Positions 39,244 through 49,767 of a stretch of 64,000 nt of DNA are shown here, in pieces. Origin of the DNA: an uncultured Thermoleophilia bacterium. Lineage in GTDB: Bacteria; Actinomycetota; Thermoleophilia; UBA2241. Within the stretch, counting starts at the first letter, position 1. Each line of letters opens with the position of its first letter. Location: positions 256,001 through 320,000 of the forward strand of contig CAVPCT010000005.1 in NCBI GenBank assembly GCA_963702475.1, written 5' to 3'. A model generated the notes under the pieces. The model searched no databases and was not told the origin of the DNA. It worked only from the letters and a program-made list of their open reading frames with translations. The position numbers were made by a program, and so were the translations under genes.

Positions 39244-41291
39244 ACGAGGACAAAGTGGCTCTCCTTCCCCTGGTCACGACCATCGGCGAGAAGTGCCGCA
39301 CCTGCTACACCTGCGTGCGCGAGTGCCCGGCCAAGGCCATCCAGATCCTCGACGGGCAGGCCAGCGTCATCCAGACGCGCTGCATCGGCTGCGGCAACTG
39401 CGTCACCGTGTGCAGCCAGAACGCCAAGCAGGTGCTCAGCGGCATCGAAGATACGGAGCGCCTTCTGGCCGGGCCCGGACCGGTGGCTGCCATCGTCGCC
39501 CCGAGCTATCCGGCCGAGTTCACCGAGTGCGACACCGGCAGCCTCGTGGCCGCGCTCCGCGAGCTCGGCTTCGCCCAGGTGCACGAGGTCGGCTTCGGCG
39601 CCGACCTCGTGGCGGCCGAGTACCGGCGCCTGCTGGAGACCACCAGCGAGCGCTACGTCTCGACCCCGTGCCCTTCGGTGGTCAGCTTCGTGCGCAAGTA
39701 CCACCCGGACATGCTCGACCGCCTCGCCCCCATCGTCTCGCCCATGCTGGCCATCGCCCGCGTGCTGCACGCCAAGCACGGACCCGACCTCAAGATCGTG
39801 TTCATCGGGCCCTGCATCGCCAAGAAGGGCGAGGCCAGGTACGCGCAGTTCGAGGGTGAGGTGCACGCCGCCCTCACCTTCGTCGAGCTGCGGGCCATGT
39901 TCGCCGCCCGGGGCATCCCCCTGGCCTCGCACCAGGACGACGACGACTTCGACCCGCCGCACGGCAGCCTGGGCGCCCTCTTCCCCATCACGCGCGGCCT
40001 CTTGCAGGCCGCGGACCTGGACGAGGACCTGATGGAGGGCGACATCATCAGCGCCGACGGGCGCGCCAACCTCGCCGACGCCATCATCGACTTCGAGCAC
40101 GGCGAGACCGAGGCGCGCCTCCTCGACATCCTCTGCTGCGAGGGCTGCATCATGGGCGCCGGTTTCAGTACCGAGGCCCACGTCTTCGCGCGCCGCAAGG
40201 AGGTCAGCCGCGAGACCCGACGGCGCCAGCGCGACTTCGACCAGGCGGCCTGGGACGCGGCCGTGGCGGACTTCGCCGACCTCGACCTGAGCCGCACGTT
40301 CCAGCGCTATGACCAGCGCTTCGCCGACTCGCCCACCGACAAGCAGCTCAAGACCGTCCTCGCGCGCATGAACAAGCTCAGCGCGGTCGACGAGCTCGAC
40401 TGCGGCGCCTGCGGCTACGAGACCTGCCGCGACCACGCCGAGGCCGTGTGGCAGGGCCTCGCCGAGGTGGAGATGTGCCTGCCGTACGCGGTCGACGAGC
40501 TCCGCAAGACCGTGGACGAGCTGCAGGAGTCGAACCGCTCCCTGGAGACGACCAAAGAGGCGCTGGTCAAGAGCGAGAAGCTGGCCAGCATGGGTCAGCT
40601 CGCGGCCGGCATCGCCCACGAGGTCAACAACCCCCTCGGCATCCTGCTGCTGCACGCCAACCTGCTCCTCGAGGAGTGCCGGGTCGGAAGCCAGGAGGCC
40701 GACGACGTGAGCCTCATCGTCGACCAGGCGAACCGCTGCAAGAAGATCATCTCGGGGCTGCTGAACTTCGCGCGGCAGAGCCGCGTGGTCCGGCAGCCCA
40801 CCGACCTCAGCGCCCTCGTGCAGGAGGTGCTGCGCACCCTCCCCACCGACGAGGGCGTCGCGATCGCCGTCGACGACCGGCTGTCCGACCCCGTCGCCGA
40901 GGTCGACGCCGACCAGATCGTGCAGGTGCTCACCAACCTGCTCACCAACGCCCAGCACGCCATGCCCGACGGCGGCGCCATCACCGTCACCGTCGACGGC
41001 ACCGAGGAGAACGTCGTCCTCGCGGTCGCCGACGAGGGCTGCGGCATCCCCGAAGAGAACCTCGACAAGCTCTTCAGCCCGTTCTTCACGACCAAACAGG
41101 TGGGCAAAGGCACTGGTCTGGGCCTCGCCGTGAGCCACGGCATCGTCAAGATGCACCGCGGGCAGATCTCGGTGGAGTCCAACGCCGACCCCGCCAAGGG
41201 CCCCACGTACACCACGTTCACCATCGTCTTGCCGCGCTACGAGACCGAGCTCGGTGCGCCGGCCAGCCTGCAGGAGATCACGGAGAGCTGA
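39240..41291 (+). CDS. Sensory [FeFe]-hydrogenase-like domain (group C, HydS-like) fused to a histidine kinase
   Basis: 2x[4Fe-4S]; STPCPS, GPCIAKKGE, LCCEGCIMG; DCGACGYETC; AHEVNNP H-box; N, G1, F, G2 boxes. Confidence 0.9.
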   Translation: MNEDKVALLPLVTTIGEKCRTCYTCVRECPAKAIQILDGQASVIQTRCIGCGNCVTVCSQNAKQVLSGIEDTERLLAGPGPVAAIVAPSYPAEFTECDTGSLVAALRELGFAQVHEVGFGADLVAAEYRRLLETTSERYVSTPCPSVVSFVRKYHPDMLDRLAPIVSPMLAIARVLHAKHGPDLKIVFIGPCIAKKGEARYAQFEGEVHAALTFVELRAMFAARGIPLASHQDDDDFDPPHGSLGALFPITRGLLQAADLDEDLMEGDIISADGRANLADAIIDFEHGETEARLLDILCCEGCIMGAGFSTEAHVFARRKEVSRETRRRQRDFDQAAWDAAVADFADLDLSRTFQRYDQRFADSPTDKQLKTVLARMNKLSAVDELDCGACGYETCRDHAEAVWQGLAEVEMCLPYAVDELRKTVDELQESNRSLETTKEALVKSEKLASMGQLAAGIAHEVNNPLGILLLHANLLLEECRVGSQEADDVSLIVDQANRCKKIISGLLNFARQSRVVRQPTDLSALVQEVLRTLPTDEGVAIAVDDRLSDPVAEVDADQIVQVLTNLLTNAQHAMPDGGAITVTVDGTEENVVLAVADEGCGIPEENLDKLFSPFFTTKQVGKGTGLGLAVSHGIVKMHRGQISVESNADPAKGPTYTTFTIVLPRYETELGAPASLQEITES

Positions 41292-41292
41292 C

Positions 41293-42558
41293 ATGGAACC
41301 GCTGGACGCGCAGCCGCACGAGTCGCTGATGGACCCCCAGCAGACCACGTTGCAGGTCGTGATGGTGGACGACGAAGAGGCGCTCTGCCTGGGCGTGCGC
41401 CGCATCATCGAGAAGTACAGGGTGCACGTGGCCGACGTGCTCGTAGACGCAAGCTACACGTTCCGGTACTTCACGAGCGGCGAGGACTTCCTCGCGTACC
41501 TGACCGACGGCGGAAGCGTCGATCTTCTTCTGCTCGACCTCAAGCTGCCCGGCGTCGGCGGCATGGACGTGCTCGACGCCCTCAGCAGCCAAGGCCGCGA
41601 GGTCCTCACCATCATGATCACGGCCTACGCCACGTTCGAGACGGCTGTGAAGGCCACAAAGCTCGGCGCCTACGACTTCCTCGCCAAGCCCTTCACGCCC
41701 GACGAGCTGCGCTACGCCCTGCGCAAGGCCACCAGCCAGCTCATCCTCAGCAAGCAGGCGCGCAAGCTGGCTGAGGAGAAGCGCCAGGTGCGCTTCAACT
41801 TCATCTCCGTGCTGGCACACGAGCTCAAGGCTCCGCTCAACGCCGTGGAGGGCTACCTGAACATCCTCAGGATGACGGAGCAGGACAAGAACCTGCAGAT
41901 GGTCGAGCGCAGCATCGTGCGCGTGGACGGCATGAAGAAGCTCATCAGCGACCTGCTGGACATGACGCGCATCGAGTCCGGCCAGCGCGAGCGCATCATC
42001 AAGCGACTCGACCTGGCCGAGCTCGCCAAGGCGTCGATGGAGCTGTTCGCCGTCGACGCCGAGCGCCGCGGCATCACCGTCACCCTCGAAGCCGACCCCG
42101 ACGTCGAGCTCATGGCCGACGCCGGCGAGGCTGAGATCGTGCTCAACAACCTCATCTCCAACGCCGTCAAATACAACCGCGACGGCGGCTCCGTCACCGT
42201 GAGGATCGACCGCACGGACGGCGGTGTGCGCGTCGCCGTGGCGGATACCGGTTTCGGCCTCACGCCGGAGGAGGCCGCCAAGCTCTTCAACGAGTTCACG
42301 CGCATCAAGAACGAGCACACGGTCAAGGTGCTCGGGAGCGGCCTCGGCCTCTCCACGGTGCGCAAGATCGCCAACATGTACGAGGGCGAGGCCACCGTGG
42401 AGAGCGAGGCCGGCGTGGGCAGCACGTTCACCGTGACCCTGCACGACGCGCGCGCGGACGGGTCGGCGCCGGTTGCGGACGCCGCCACCACCGACCCTGC
42501 CGCGGCGGCCGCCGCTCTGGCGGCCGCCGCGCTCGACCAGCCGGCTCCACCGGCCTGA
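41293..42558 (+). CDS. Hybrid REC-histidine kinase
   Basis: VDDEE, LLDLKLP, AKPF; AHELKAP, NAVKYN, DTGFG, GSGLGL. Confidence 0.9.
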   Translation: MEPLDAQPHESLMDPQQTTLQVVMVDDEEALCLGVRRIIEKYRVHVADVLVDASYTFRYFTSGEDFLAYLTDGGSVDLLLLDLKLPGVGGMDVLDALSSQGREVLTIMITAYATFETAVKATKLGAYDFLAKPFTPDELRYALRKATSQLILSKQARKLAEEKRQVRFNFISVLAHELKAPLNAVEGYLNILRMTEQDKNLQMVERSIVRVDGMKKLISDLLDMTRIESGQRERIIKRLDLAELAKASMELFAVDAERRGITVTLEADPDVELMADAGEAEIVLNNLISNAVKYNRDGGSVTVRIDRTDGGVRVAVADTGFGLTPEEAAKLFNEFTRIKNEHTVKVLGSGLGLSTVRKIANMYEGEATVESEAGVGSTFTVTLHDARADGSAPVADAATTDPAAAAAALAAAALDQPAPPA

Positions 42559-42812
42559 CGGACTTCGCCCCATCGCGCAGCAAGAACGCCCGCATCACGC
42601 GAGAGAGAAAGGACGGTCGAGCCACCCGAAACGGAACCGTGACGCAAGCCGGACCACCACCAGCGCCCCTTCTCCCCGCCCCCTGTCGCCCCGCCCGGTC
42701 TGCCGGACGGTCGTCGTCACGGAGGCGCGGCGTCGTCGGGCCTGGCACACAAGCCTGGCGCACCTTGGAGGGGGCGCCGTGGGGAAACGCAGAGCACGAA
42801 AGGGAGTGTGCG

Positions 42813-43181
42813 GTGCCCAAGATCCTCATCGTTGACGACGATCCCGACATCGTCGAAGCCTGCCAGTTGGTCCTCGAGCGCGAGGGCTACGAGGTGTCCG
42901 GTGCGCCCAACCGCGCCGACGGCATGAACGCCATCGAGGGGGCCGCGCCGGACCTCCTCATCCTCGACGTGATGATGGAAGAGCCCGACGACGGCCTGCG
43001 GATGGCACGCGAGATCCGCAAGGCCGGCCACGCCTTCCCCATCATCATGCTCACCAGCGTCAACGCCGCCATGGGCCTCAACATCGACAAGGACGAAGAG
43101 ATGGTCCCGGTCGACGAGTTCCAGTCCAAACCGGTGGACCCGCAGACGCTGATCGCCAAGGTCCAGAAGCTGCTCGCGTAA
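42813..43181 (+). CDS. Single-domain response regulator (REC)
   Basis: ILIVDDD, PDLLILDVMM, KP; GGGAG RBS. Confidence 0.9.
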   Translation: MPKILIVDDDPDIVEACQLVLEREGYEVSGAPNRADGMNAIEGAAPDLLILDVMMEEPDDGLRMAREIRKAGHAFPIIMLTSVNAAMGLNIDKDEEMVPVDEFQSKPVDPQTLIAKVQKLLA

Positions 43182-43195
43182 GAGAGAGGACGTTC

Positions 43196-43717
43196 ATGCT
43201 CGTCACTCAGCAGGAGCAGCTCCGCGCCGAGGTCACCGCACTGGTGGACCAGCTCGGGCCGGGCCGGAGCTCTCTCATCCCGATACTCCAAGACGTCAAG
43301 TGGCGCTACCACGACATCGACACCGACGCGATGCAGATCATCGCCGACCTTCTGGACATCCATCCGGTCGAGGTCTACAGCGTCGCCACCTTCTACGCCT
43401 TCCTCGACCCGGACGCCCAGGGCGAGTTCGTCATCCGGCTCTGCAGCACGGTCTCGTGCGAGCTGGCCGGCAAGGACGCCATCGCCCGCCAGCTCGAGAC
43501 CGAGCTCGGCATCGCCTTCGGCGAGACCTCCGAGGACGGCCGCTTCACCCTCGACCACGCGGCCTGCATGGGCATGTGCGACCAGGGCCCGGCCCTGCTC
43601 GTCAATGACAGGGTCTACACCCGCGTCACGCCCGAGACCGTCCGCCAGATCGCGGCCGAGTGCCGCTCCGCCTACTCCGGCCACGCGGCCGAGCGCCAAG
43701 GGGGGTACCTCGTATGA
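43196..43717 (+). CDS. NuoE-like [2Fe-2S] subunit of the second hydrogenase
   Basis: LIPILQ, VATFYAF, CSTVSC, CMGMCDQGP. Confidence 0.9.
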   Translation: MLVTQQEQLRAEVTALVDQLGPGRSSLIPILQDVKWRYHDIDTDAMQIIADLLDIHPVEVYSVATFYAFLDPDAQGEFVIRLCSTVSCELAGKDAIARQLETELGIAFGETSEDGRFTLDHAACMGMCDQGPALLVNDRVYTRVTPETVRQIAAECRSAYSGHAAERQGGYLV

Positions 43718-44919
43718 GCATCGAGACTCAGGGGAACACCCTCACCTTCGCCTCCATCGACGCCGACGCCGGCCTCAGGGCCGCGCTCGCCATGTCACGG
43801 CCGGACATCATCGACACCGTGTCCGCCTCCGGCATGAAGGGCCGCGGCGGCGCCGGCTTCCCGACCGGGATGAAGTGGAACTTCGCCGGCTCGGAGAAGG
43901 GCGACGAGAAGTACGTCATCTGCAACGCCGACGAGGGCGAGCCCGGTACGTTCAAAGACCGCGTGATCCTCACCGAGTTCCCCGACCTGGTGTTCGCCGG
44001 CATGACCATCGCCGGACGCGCCATCGGAGCCTCGCTCGGTATCGTGTACCTGCGCGGCGAATACACCTACCTGCGCTCGCACCTCAACGCCGTGATCAAG
44101 AAGCGCCGCGCTGACGGGCTGCTCGGCGAGAACGTGGGCGGCGTGCAGGGCTTCGATTTCGACATCATCGTGGCCCTCGGCGCCGGCGCCTACGTGTGCG
44201 GCGAGGAGACCGCGCTCATCGAGTCGCTCGAGGGCTTCCGCGGCGAGCCCCGCAACCGTCCGCCGTTCCCGGTGGTGGCCGGCTTCCGCAACTGCCCCAC
44301 CACGGTGAACAACGTGGAGACGCTCGCCTCGGCGGCCTGCATCTTCGCCAAGGGCGTGGACTGGTTCAAGAGCTTCGGCACCGACCGCTCCACCGGCTTC
44401 AAGCTGTTCAGCATCTCCGGCGACTGCGAGAAGCCGGGCGTGTACGAGTTCCCGTTCGGCATCACCGTCGAGGACCTGCTCAAGGAGGTAGGCGGCGGCG
44501 ACGCCAAGGCAGTGCAGATCGGCGGTGCCTCCGGCACCTGTGTGCCGCGCACGGACTTCTCGCGACGCATGGCCTTCGAGGACATCCCCACCGGCGGGTC
44601 GGTCATCGTCTTCGGCCCCCGGTGCGACATGCTGGACGTGGCCGAGAACTTCCTCGAGTTCTTCGTGGACGAGTCCTGCGGTCAGTGCACCCCCTGCCGT
44701 CTCGGCAACGTCAAGATGCTCGAGGCCGTCCGCATGCTGAAAGACGGCACCTGCTCCGCCGAGTACGTCGCCGAGCTGCGCGAGCTGAACGTCACCATGC
44801 AGGTCGCCTCCAAGTGCGGCCTGGGCCAGACCAGCTCCAACGCCTTCATGTCCATCCTGGACCACTTCGGCGACGAGATCACCAACCGCGCCCCCCAGAC
44901 CGAGAGCGCGAGGAGCTGA
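43714..44919 (+). CDS. Short NuoF/HoxF-like NADH-binding subunit of the second hydrogenase
   Basis: GRGGAGFPTG, NADEGEPGTFKDR, GAYVCGEE, GGASG, ESCGQCTPCR; no extra N- or C-terminal Fe-S domains. Confidence 0.9.
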   Translation: MSIETQGNTLTFASIDADAGLRAALAMSRPDIIDTVSASGMKGRGGAGFPTGMKWNFAGSEKGDEKYVICNADEGEPGTFKDRVILTEFPDLVFAGMTIAGRAIGASLGIVYLRGEYTYLRSHLNAVIKKRRADGLLGENVGGVQGFDFDIIVALGAGAYVCGEETALIESLEGFRGEPRNRPPFPVVAGFRNCPTTVNNVETLASAACIFAKGVDWFKSFGTDRSTGFKLFSISGDCEKPGVYEFPFGITVEDLLKEVGGGDAKAVQIGGASGTCVPRTDFSRRMAFEDIPTGGSVIVFGPRCDMLDVAENFLEFFVDESCGQCTPCRLGNVKMLEAVRMLKDGTCSAEYVAELRELNVTMQVASKCGLGQTSSNAFMSILDHFGDEITNRAPQTESARS

Positions 44920-44921
44920 GC

Positions 44922-46859
44922 ATGACCGAGAACCTGAGAAGCGACGTCAAGGGCCCGCGCATCCCGACCAGCCAGGTCGGCAGCCGGGTGCCCGTGGCCG
45001 ACAACCCCGAGGCGATCGGCGCGCTCGTCTCCGCGACCATCGACGGCATCGAGACCAAAGTGCCCTTCGGCATGACCATCCTCGACGCCGCCAAGTCCGT
45101 CGGCGTTGAGATCCCCACCCTGTGCCACCACCCCGACCTCAAGGTCGCCGGCGTGTGCCGCATGTGCGTGGTAGACATAGAGGGCCAGCGCACGCTGCAG
45201 GCCGCCTGCGTCTTCCCCATCGTCAACTCCATCAAGATCAACACACACACGCGCAAGGTGCGCAAGGCGCGCCGCCACGTGCTGCAGCTGCTCCTCAGCG
45301 AGCACTACGGCGAGTGCTACAGCTGCGTGCGCAACGGCAACTGCGAGCTGCAGACGCTGGCCGAGGAGTACGGCATCGACGAGTTCGTCTTCGGCCACCC
45401 CACGGAGCCGCTCTTCGACGAAGACCGCTCGAGCTACTCCGTGATGCGCGACATGAACAAGTGCATCAACTGCCGCCGCTGCGTGCGCACGTGCATCGAC
45501 CTCCAGGAGGTCGGCGTGCTGGAGGCCACGGGCCGCAGCGACAAGACCACCATCGCCACGTTCGAGGACATGCCGCTGGGCGAGGTCGTGTGCATCAACT
45601 GCGGGCAGTGCGTGAACCGCTGCCCCACCGGCGCCCTCTACGCCAAGGACGAGACCGACGCCGTGTGGGCCGCCATCGACGACCCCGAGAAGCACGTCGT
45701 CATCCAGACGGCACCCGCTCCGCGCTCGGCCATGGGCGAGATCTTCGGCCTCGAACCGGGCACGCCGGTCACCTTCGAGATGAACACCGCCCTGCGCCGC
45801 GCCGGCTTCGACAGCGTGTTCGACACCAACTTCACGGCCGACCTCACGATCATCGAGGAGGGCACGGAGCTCATCAAGCGTCTCTACGGCGCCGTCGTGC
45901 AGGGCGACACCTCGGTGGCCCTGCCGCAGTTCACCAGCTGCTCTCCGGGCTGGGTCAAGTATCTGGAGCACTTCTATCCCGAGTACCTGCCGAACGCCTC
46001 CTCAGCCAAGAGCCCCCAGCAGATGTTCGGCGCGCTCATCAAGACGTACTACGCCGAGAAGCAGGGCTGGGATCCGGCCACCATCGTGAGCTGCGCGCTC
46101 ATGCCGTGCTCGGCCAAGAAGTTCGAGTGCAACCGTCCCGAGATGCACGACTCGGGCTATAAGGATGTCGACTTCGGCCTCACCACGCGCGAGCTCGGCA
46201 AGATGTTCAAGGAGTCCGGCCTGCACGTGCCGAGCCTGCCGAAGAGCGACTTCGACGACCCGTTCGGAACCGCCACCGGCTCCGGCGTCATCTTCGGCGC
46301 CACCGGCGGCGTCATGGAGGCCGCCCTCCGCACCGTGCTCGAGATGGTCACCGGTGAGATGGTGGAGAGCATCTACGAGCACGGCGACATCATCCCCGTG
46401 CGCGGCTTCGAGGGCGTCAAGTACGCCGAGATCACCGTGCCCAAGGTGGGGCCGGTGCCCGAGATCATCGCGCACCTCATCCCCGACTGGGACTGGCTCA
46501 ACGGCGTCACCGTCAAGGTCGCGGTGGCCCACGGCACCGCCAACGCCAAGAAGGTCATGGACGACATCAAGGCCGGCGGCATGTTCAGCCAGTGCCACTT
46601 CATCGAGTTCATGGCCTGCCCGGGCGGCTGCCTGGGCGGCGGCGGCCAGCCGATCCCGACCAACGCCGACATCCGCGCGGCGCGGGCCAGGGCCATCTAT
46701 TCAGAAGACTCCGCGTACGCGGTGCGCAAATCACACGAGAACACGGCCGTACTGAGGACGTACGCGGAGTTCCTCACCGACGGCCCGTGCGGGCACAAGA
46801 GCCACGAGCTGCTGCACACGTCGTACACGGCGCGCGGCAAGTACATCCCGCAGAAGTAA
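44922..46859 (+). CDS. hydA: [FeFe]-hydrogenase catalytic subunit, group A (HydA2)
   Basis: F-cluster motifs; FTSCSPGW, MPCSAKKFE, EFMACPGGCLGGGGQP. Confidence 0.95.
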   Translation: MTENLRSDVKGPRIPTSQVGSRVPVADNPEAIGALVSATIDGIETKVPFGMTILDAAKSVGVEIPTLCHHPDLKVAGVCRMCVVDIEGQRTLQAACVFPIVNSIKINTHTRKVRKARRHVLQLLLSEHYGECYSCVRNGNCELQTLAEEYGIDEFVFGHPTEPLFDEDRSSYSVMRDMNKCINCRRCVRTCIDLQEVGVLEATGRSDKTTIATFEDMPLGEVVCINCGQCVNRCPTGALYAKDETDAVWAAIDDPEKHVVIQTAPAPRSAMGEIFGLEPGTPVTFEMNTALRRAGFDSVFDTNFTADLTIIEEGTELIKRLYGAVVQGDTSVALPQFTSCSPGWVKYLEHFYPEYLPNASSAKSPQQMFGALIKTYYAEKQGWDPATIVSCALMPCSAKKFECNRPEMHDSGYKDVDFGLTTRELGKMFKESGLHVPSLPKSDFDDPFGTATGSGVIFGATGGVMEAALRTVLEMVTGEMVESIYEHGDIIPVRGFEGVKYAEITVPKVGPVPEIIAHLIPDWDWLNGVTVKVAVAHGTANAKKVMDDIKAGGMFSQCHFIEFMACPGGCLGGGGQPIPTNADIRAARARAIYSEDSAYAVRKSHENTAVLRTYAEFLTDGPCGHKSHELLHTSYTARGKYIPQK

Positions 46860-46877
46860 GGACGTCCGCATCGGTCG

Positions 46878-46911
46878 CGAGGGCGGGGCGCCGGACAGCG
46901 CCCCGCCCTCG
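46878..46911 (+). terminator. Hairpin after hydA2
   Basis: CGAGGGCGGGGCGC / GCGCCCCGCCCTCG inverted repeat. Confidence 0.55.
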
Positions 46912-46935
46912 CTTCGCTTAGACTAGACACAGCCT

Positions 46936-48294
46936 ATGGGCAAGCACTCACAGCAAACGCCACCCACCACCGCGCACTTCGTCGACCCGTTCCACGACGC
47001 GCAGGCGCTCACGCCGATCAGCGCCGACGAGCGCACCATCCTGCGCACCGTGAACCAGAAGATCGCGGCGCGGCCGAGTCTGCGCGCCATCGTCGACTAC
47101 CTCTTCGAGCACACCCAGGGCCTCATCCCCTGCGACCGCATCGGCCTGGCCTTCGTGGACGAGCGCCAGGAACGCGTTACCAGCTACTACAACCGCGCCT
47201 CGTACAGTCCGCTGTCGCTCGACAAGGACTACTCCGAGGCGCTCCAGGCCACGTCGCTGAGTGAGGTGCTGCGCCTGGGCCAGCCGCGCATCATCGGCAA
47301 CCTGGAGCTGTACTTCGAGACGCGGCCCAAGAGCCGGGCCACCCGGCGGCTGCTGACCGAGGGCGTGCGTTCAAACCTCACCTGCCCCCTGAGCGTGGAG
47401 GGCCGCGTGGTCGGCTTCATCTTCCGCAGCTCGCTGCGCACCTACGCCTACCGACCGCGCCACATCGAGCTGCAGATGGCCATCACCGAGCGGCTGAGCC
47501 AGGCCGTGGAGAAAGCGTGGCGCATCGAGCAGCTCGAGGAGATCAACCACGCCTACACGCAGATGCTCAGCTTCGTGAGCCACGAGCTCAAGAGCCCCGT
47601 TGCCTCCATGGTCACCGACGCGCAGCTCATGGCGGAGGGCTACCTCGGCGACGTGAGCGAGGCGCAACGCAAGAAGCTCGAGGGCGTCGTGCGCAAGGGC
47701 AAGTACCTGCTCGGGCTCGTCAACGAGTACCTCGACCTCGCCCGCGTGGAGGGTATGGAGCTGCGCAGCCAGCCGCGCTCGCGCGTCGCCATCAACAGCG
47801 AAGTGGTCCAAGACGCCGTCGAGCTGGTGCGGCCGCAGCTCGACGGGCGCGGCCAGGAGCTCATCGTATCGATGCCGGCGCAGAGCCCGGAGATGTGCTG
47901 TGACGTCACCTTGCTGCGCATCGCGCTCGTCAACCTCCTGGACAACGCGTCCAAGTACGGCAACGAGGGCGGCCGCGTCTGGCTCACCGTCGAGTACGCA
48001 CCGCAGGACTGGGCGCACCTGCCCAAGCTCAAGGTGAGCGTGAGAAACGAAGGGCCGGGCTTCGGCGAGGCCGAGAAGAACAAGCTGTTCCGGCGCTTCT
48101 CGCGCCTCGACGACCCGGCCCTGAAGACGCGCCGCGGCACGGGGGTCGGGCTGTACAACACCTGGCGCATCATCCAGCTCCACGAGGGGCGCATCAGCGC
48201 CGAGTCCAAGCAGGGCGAGTGGGCTGAGTTCAGTTTCGAGATATCGGCGGCGGCGGAATGTGCCTACACGCCGCCGGACCCAGAGAGGGTGTGA
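46936..48294 (+). CDS. GAF-domain sensor histidine kinase
   Basis: GAF (RSNLTCPL..EGRVVG), SHELKSP, NLLDNASKY, NEGPG, GTGVGL. Confidence 0.9.
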   Translation: MGKHSQQTPPTTAHFVDPFHDAQALTPISADERTILRTVNQKIAARPSLRAIVDYLFEHTQGLIPCDRIGLAFVDERQERVTSYYNRASYSPLSLDKDYSEALQATSLSEVLRLGQPRIIGNLELYFETRPKSRATRRLLTEGVRSNLTCPLSVEGRVVGFIFRSSLRTYAYRPRHIELQMAITERLSQAVEKAWRIEQLEEINHAYTQMLSFVSHELKSPVASMVTDAQLMAEGYLGDVSEAQRKKLEGVVRKGKYLLGLVNEYLDLARVEGMELRSQPRSRVAINSEVVQDAVELVRPQLDGRGQELIVSMPAQSPEMCCDVTLLRIALVNLLDNASKYGNEGGRVWLTVEYAPQDWAHLPKLKVSVRNEGPGFGEAEKNKLFRRFSRLDDPALKTRRGTGVGLYNTWRIIQLHEGRISAESKQGEWAEFSFEISAAAECAYTPPDPERV

Positions 48295-48299
48295 CACGC

Positions 48300-49706
48300 A
48301 TGACCAGCGGGGCAGTAGCGGAGACCGGCAGCTTCATCGACGAGGGCGTCATCGACGACGCCTTGAAAGCAGCAGCGACCAAGGACGGCGCGCGCGTGCG
48401 CGAGATCTTCGCCAAGGCGCGCGAGCTCGGCGGCCTGGACATGGACGAGGTCGCCGTGCTCAGCTCGGTGAGCGACCCCGAGCTGCTCGGCGAGCTGTTC
48501 GCGGCGGCGCACGACGTCAAGGACGCCATCTACGGGGCGCGCCTCGTGCTCTTCGCCCCTCTGTACATCAGCAATCTGTGCAGCAACGACTGCCTGTACT
48601 GCGCCTTCCGCGTGAAGAACAAGGAGCTCAAGCGGAGAGCTCTCACCCAGGCCGAGATCAGGCACGAGGTCGAAATCCTCGTCGACCAGGGCCACAAGCG
48701 CATCCTGCTGGTGGCCGGCGAGTCGTATCCCAAGCAGGGCTTCGGCTACGTGCTCGACTCCATCAAGACCATCTACGACGTGAAGCGCGGCAACGGCGAG
48801 ATCCGCCGCGTCAACGTCAACGTGGCACCGCTCTCCGTCGACGACTTCCACGCGCTCAAGGCGACCGGCATCGGGACGTACCAGCTGTTCCAGGAGACCT
48901 ACCACCGCGACACCTACCAGCGCGTGCACGTGGGCGGCAAGAAGAAGGACTTCGACTGGCGCGTCACCGGGATGCACCGCGCCATGGAGGCCGGCATCGA
49001 CGATGTGGGCATCGGCGTGCTGTTCGGCCTGTTCGACTGGCGCTTCGAGATCCTCGCCATGCTGCAGCACATCCACGAGCTCGAGCGCGCCTACGGCGTC
49101 GGCCCGCACACCATCAGCCTGCCGCGCCTGGAGCCGGCCTCCGGCAGCTCCATGGCCGAGGAGCCGCCCATGCCGGTGAGCGATATCGACTTCCGCAAGA
49201 TCGTCGCCATCCTGCGCCTTGCGGTGCCGTACACCGGCATGATCATGAGTACCCGCGAGACCGCCAACATCCGCCGTGAGACCTTCGCCCTCGGCGTCAG
49301 CCAGATCAGCGGCGGCAGCCGCACCAACCCCGGCGGCTACGAGGAGGACGAGAAGTTCGACGCCGCCCAGTTCCAGCTCGGCGACCACCGCAGCCTGGAC
49401 GAAGTCATCCGCGACGTGGCCGAGCTCGGCTACGTACCCTCGTTCTGCACCGCCTGCTACCGCCTCGGCCGCACCGGCATGGACTTCATGGACCTGGCCA
49501 AGCCCGGCGACATCAAGCACCACTGCGACCCCAACGCGCTCAGCACGTTCGAGGAGTACCTGCTGGACTACGGTACAGAGCAGACCCGCGAGGTCGGCGA
49601 GAAGCTCATCTCCGAGAAGGTCGCCGAGATGGACCCGGTGCGCCGCGAGCACACCGAGAAGATGCTGGCCAAGGTGCGCGCCGGCAAGCGCGACGTGCTC
49701 TGCTGA
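48300..49706 (+). CDS. hydG: H-cluster radical SAM maturase HydG
   Basis: FAPLYISNLCSNDCLYC, FQETYH, HTISLPR, C-terminal PSFCTACY...C. Confidence 0.96.
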   Translation: MTSGAVAETGSFIDEGVIDDALKAAATKDGARVREIFAKARELGGLDMDEVAVLSSVSDPELLGELFAAAHDVKDAIYGARLVLFAPLYISNLCSNDCLYCAFRVKNKELKRRALTQAEIRHEVEILVDQGHKRILLVAGESYPKQGFGYVLDSIKTIYDVKRGNGEIRRVNVNVAPLSVDDFHALKATGIGTYQLFQETYHRDTYQRVHVGGKKKDFDWRVTGMHRAMEAGIDDVGIGVLFGLFDWRFEILAMLQHIHELERAYGVGPHTISLPRLEPASGSSMAEEPPMPVSDIDFRKIVAILRLAVPYTGMIMSTRETANIRRETFALGVSQISGGSRTNPGGYEEDEKFDAAQFQLGDHRSLDEVIRDVAELGYVPSFCTACYRLGRTGMDFMDLAKPGDIKHHCDPNALSTFEEYLLDYGTEQTREVGEKLISEKVAEMDPVRREHTEKMLAKVRAGKRDVLC

Positions 49707-49767
49707 GCCGAAGCCGGCGCCGACGCACCCGCGACCCGCACAACCTGACCGCACGGGAGGACTCTCC

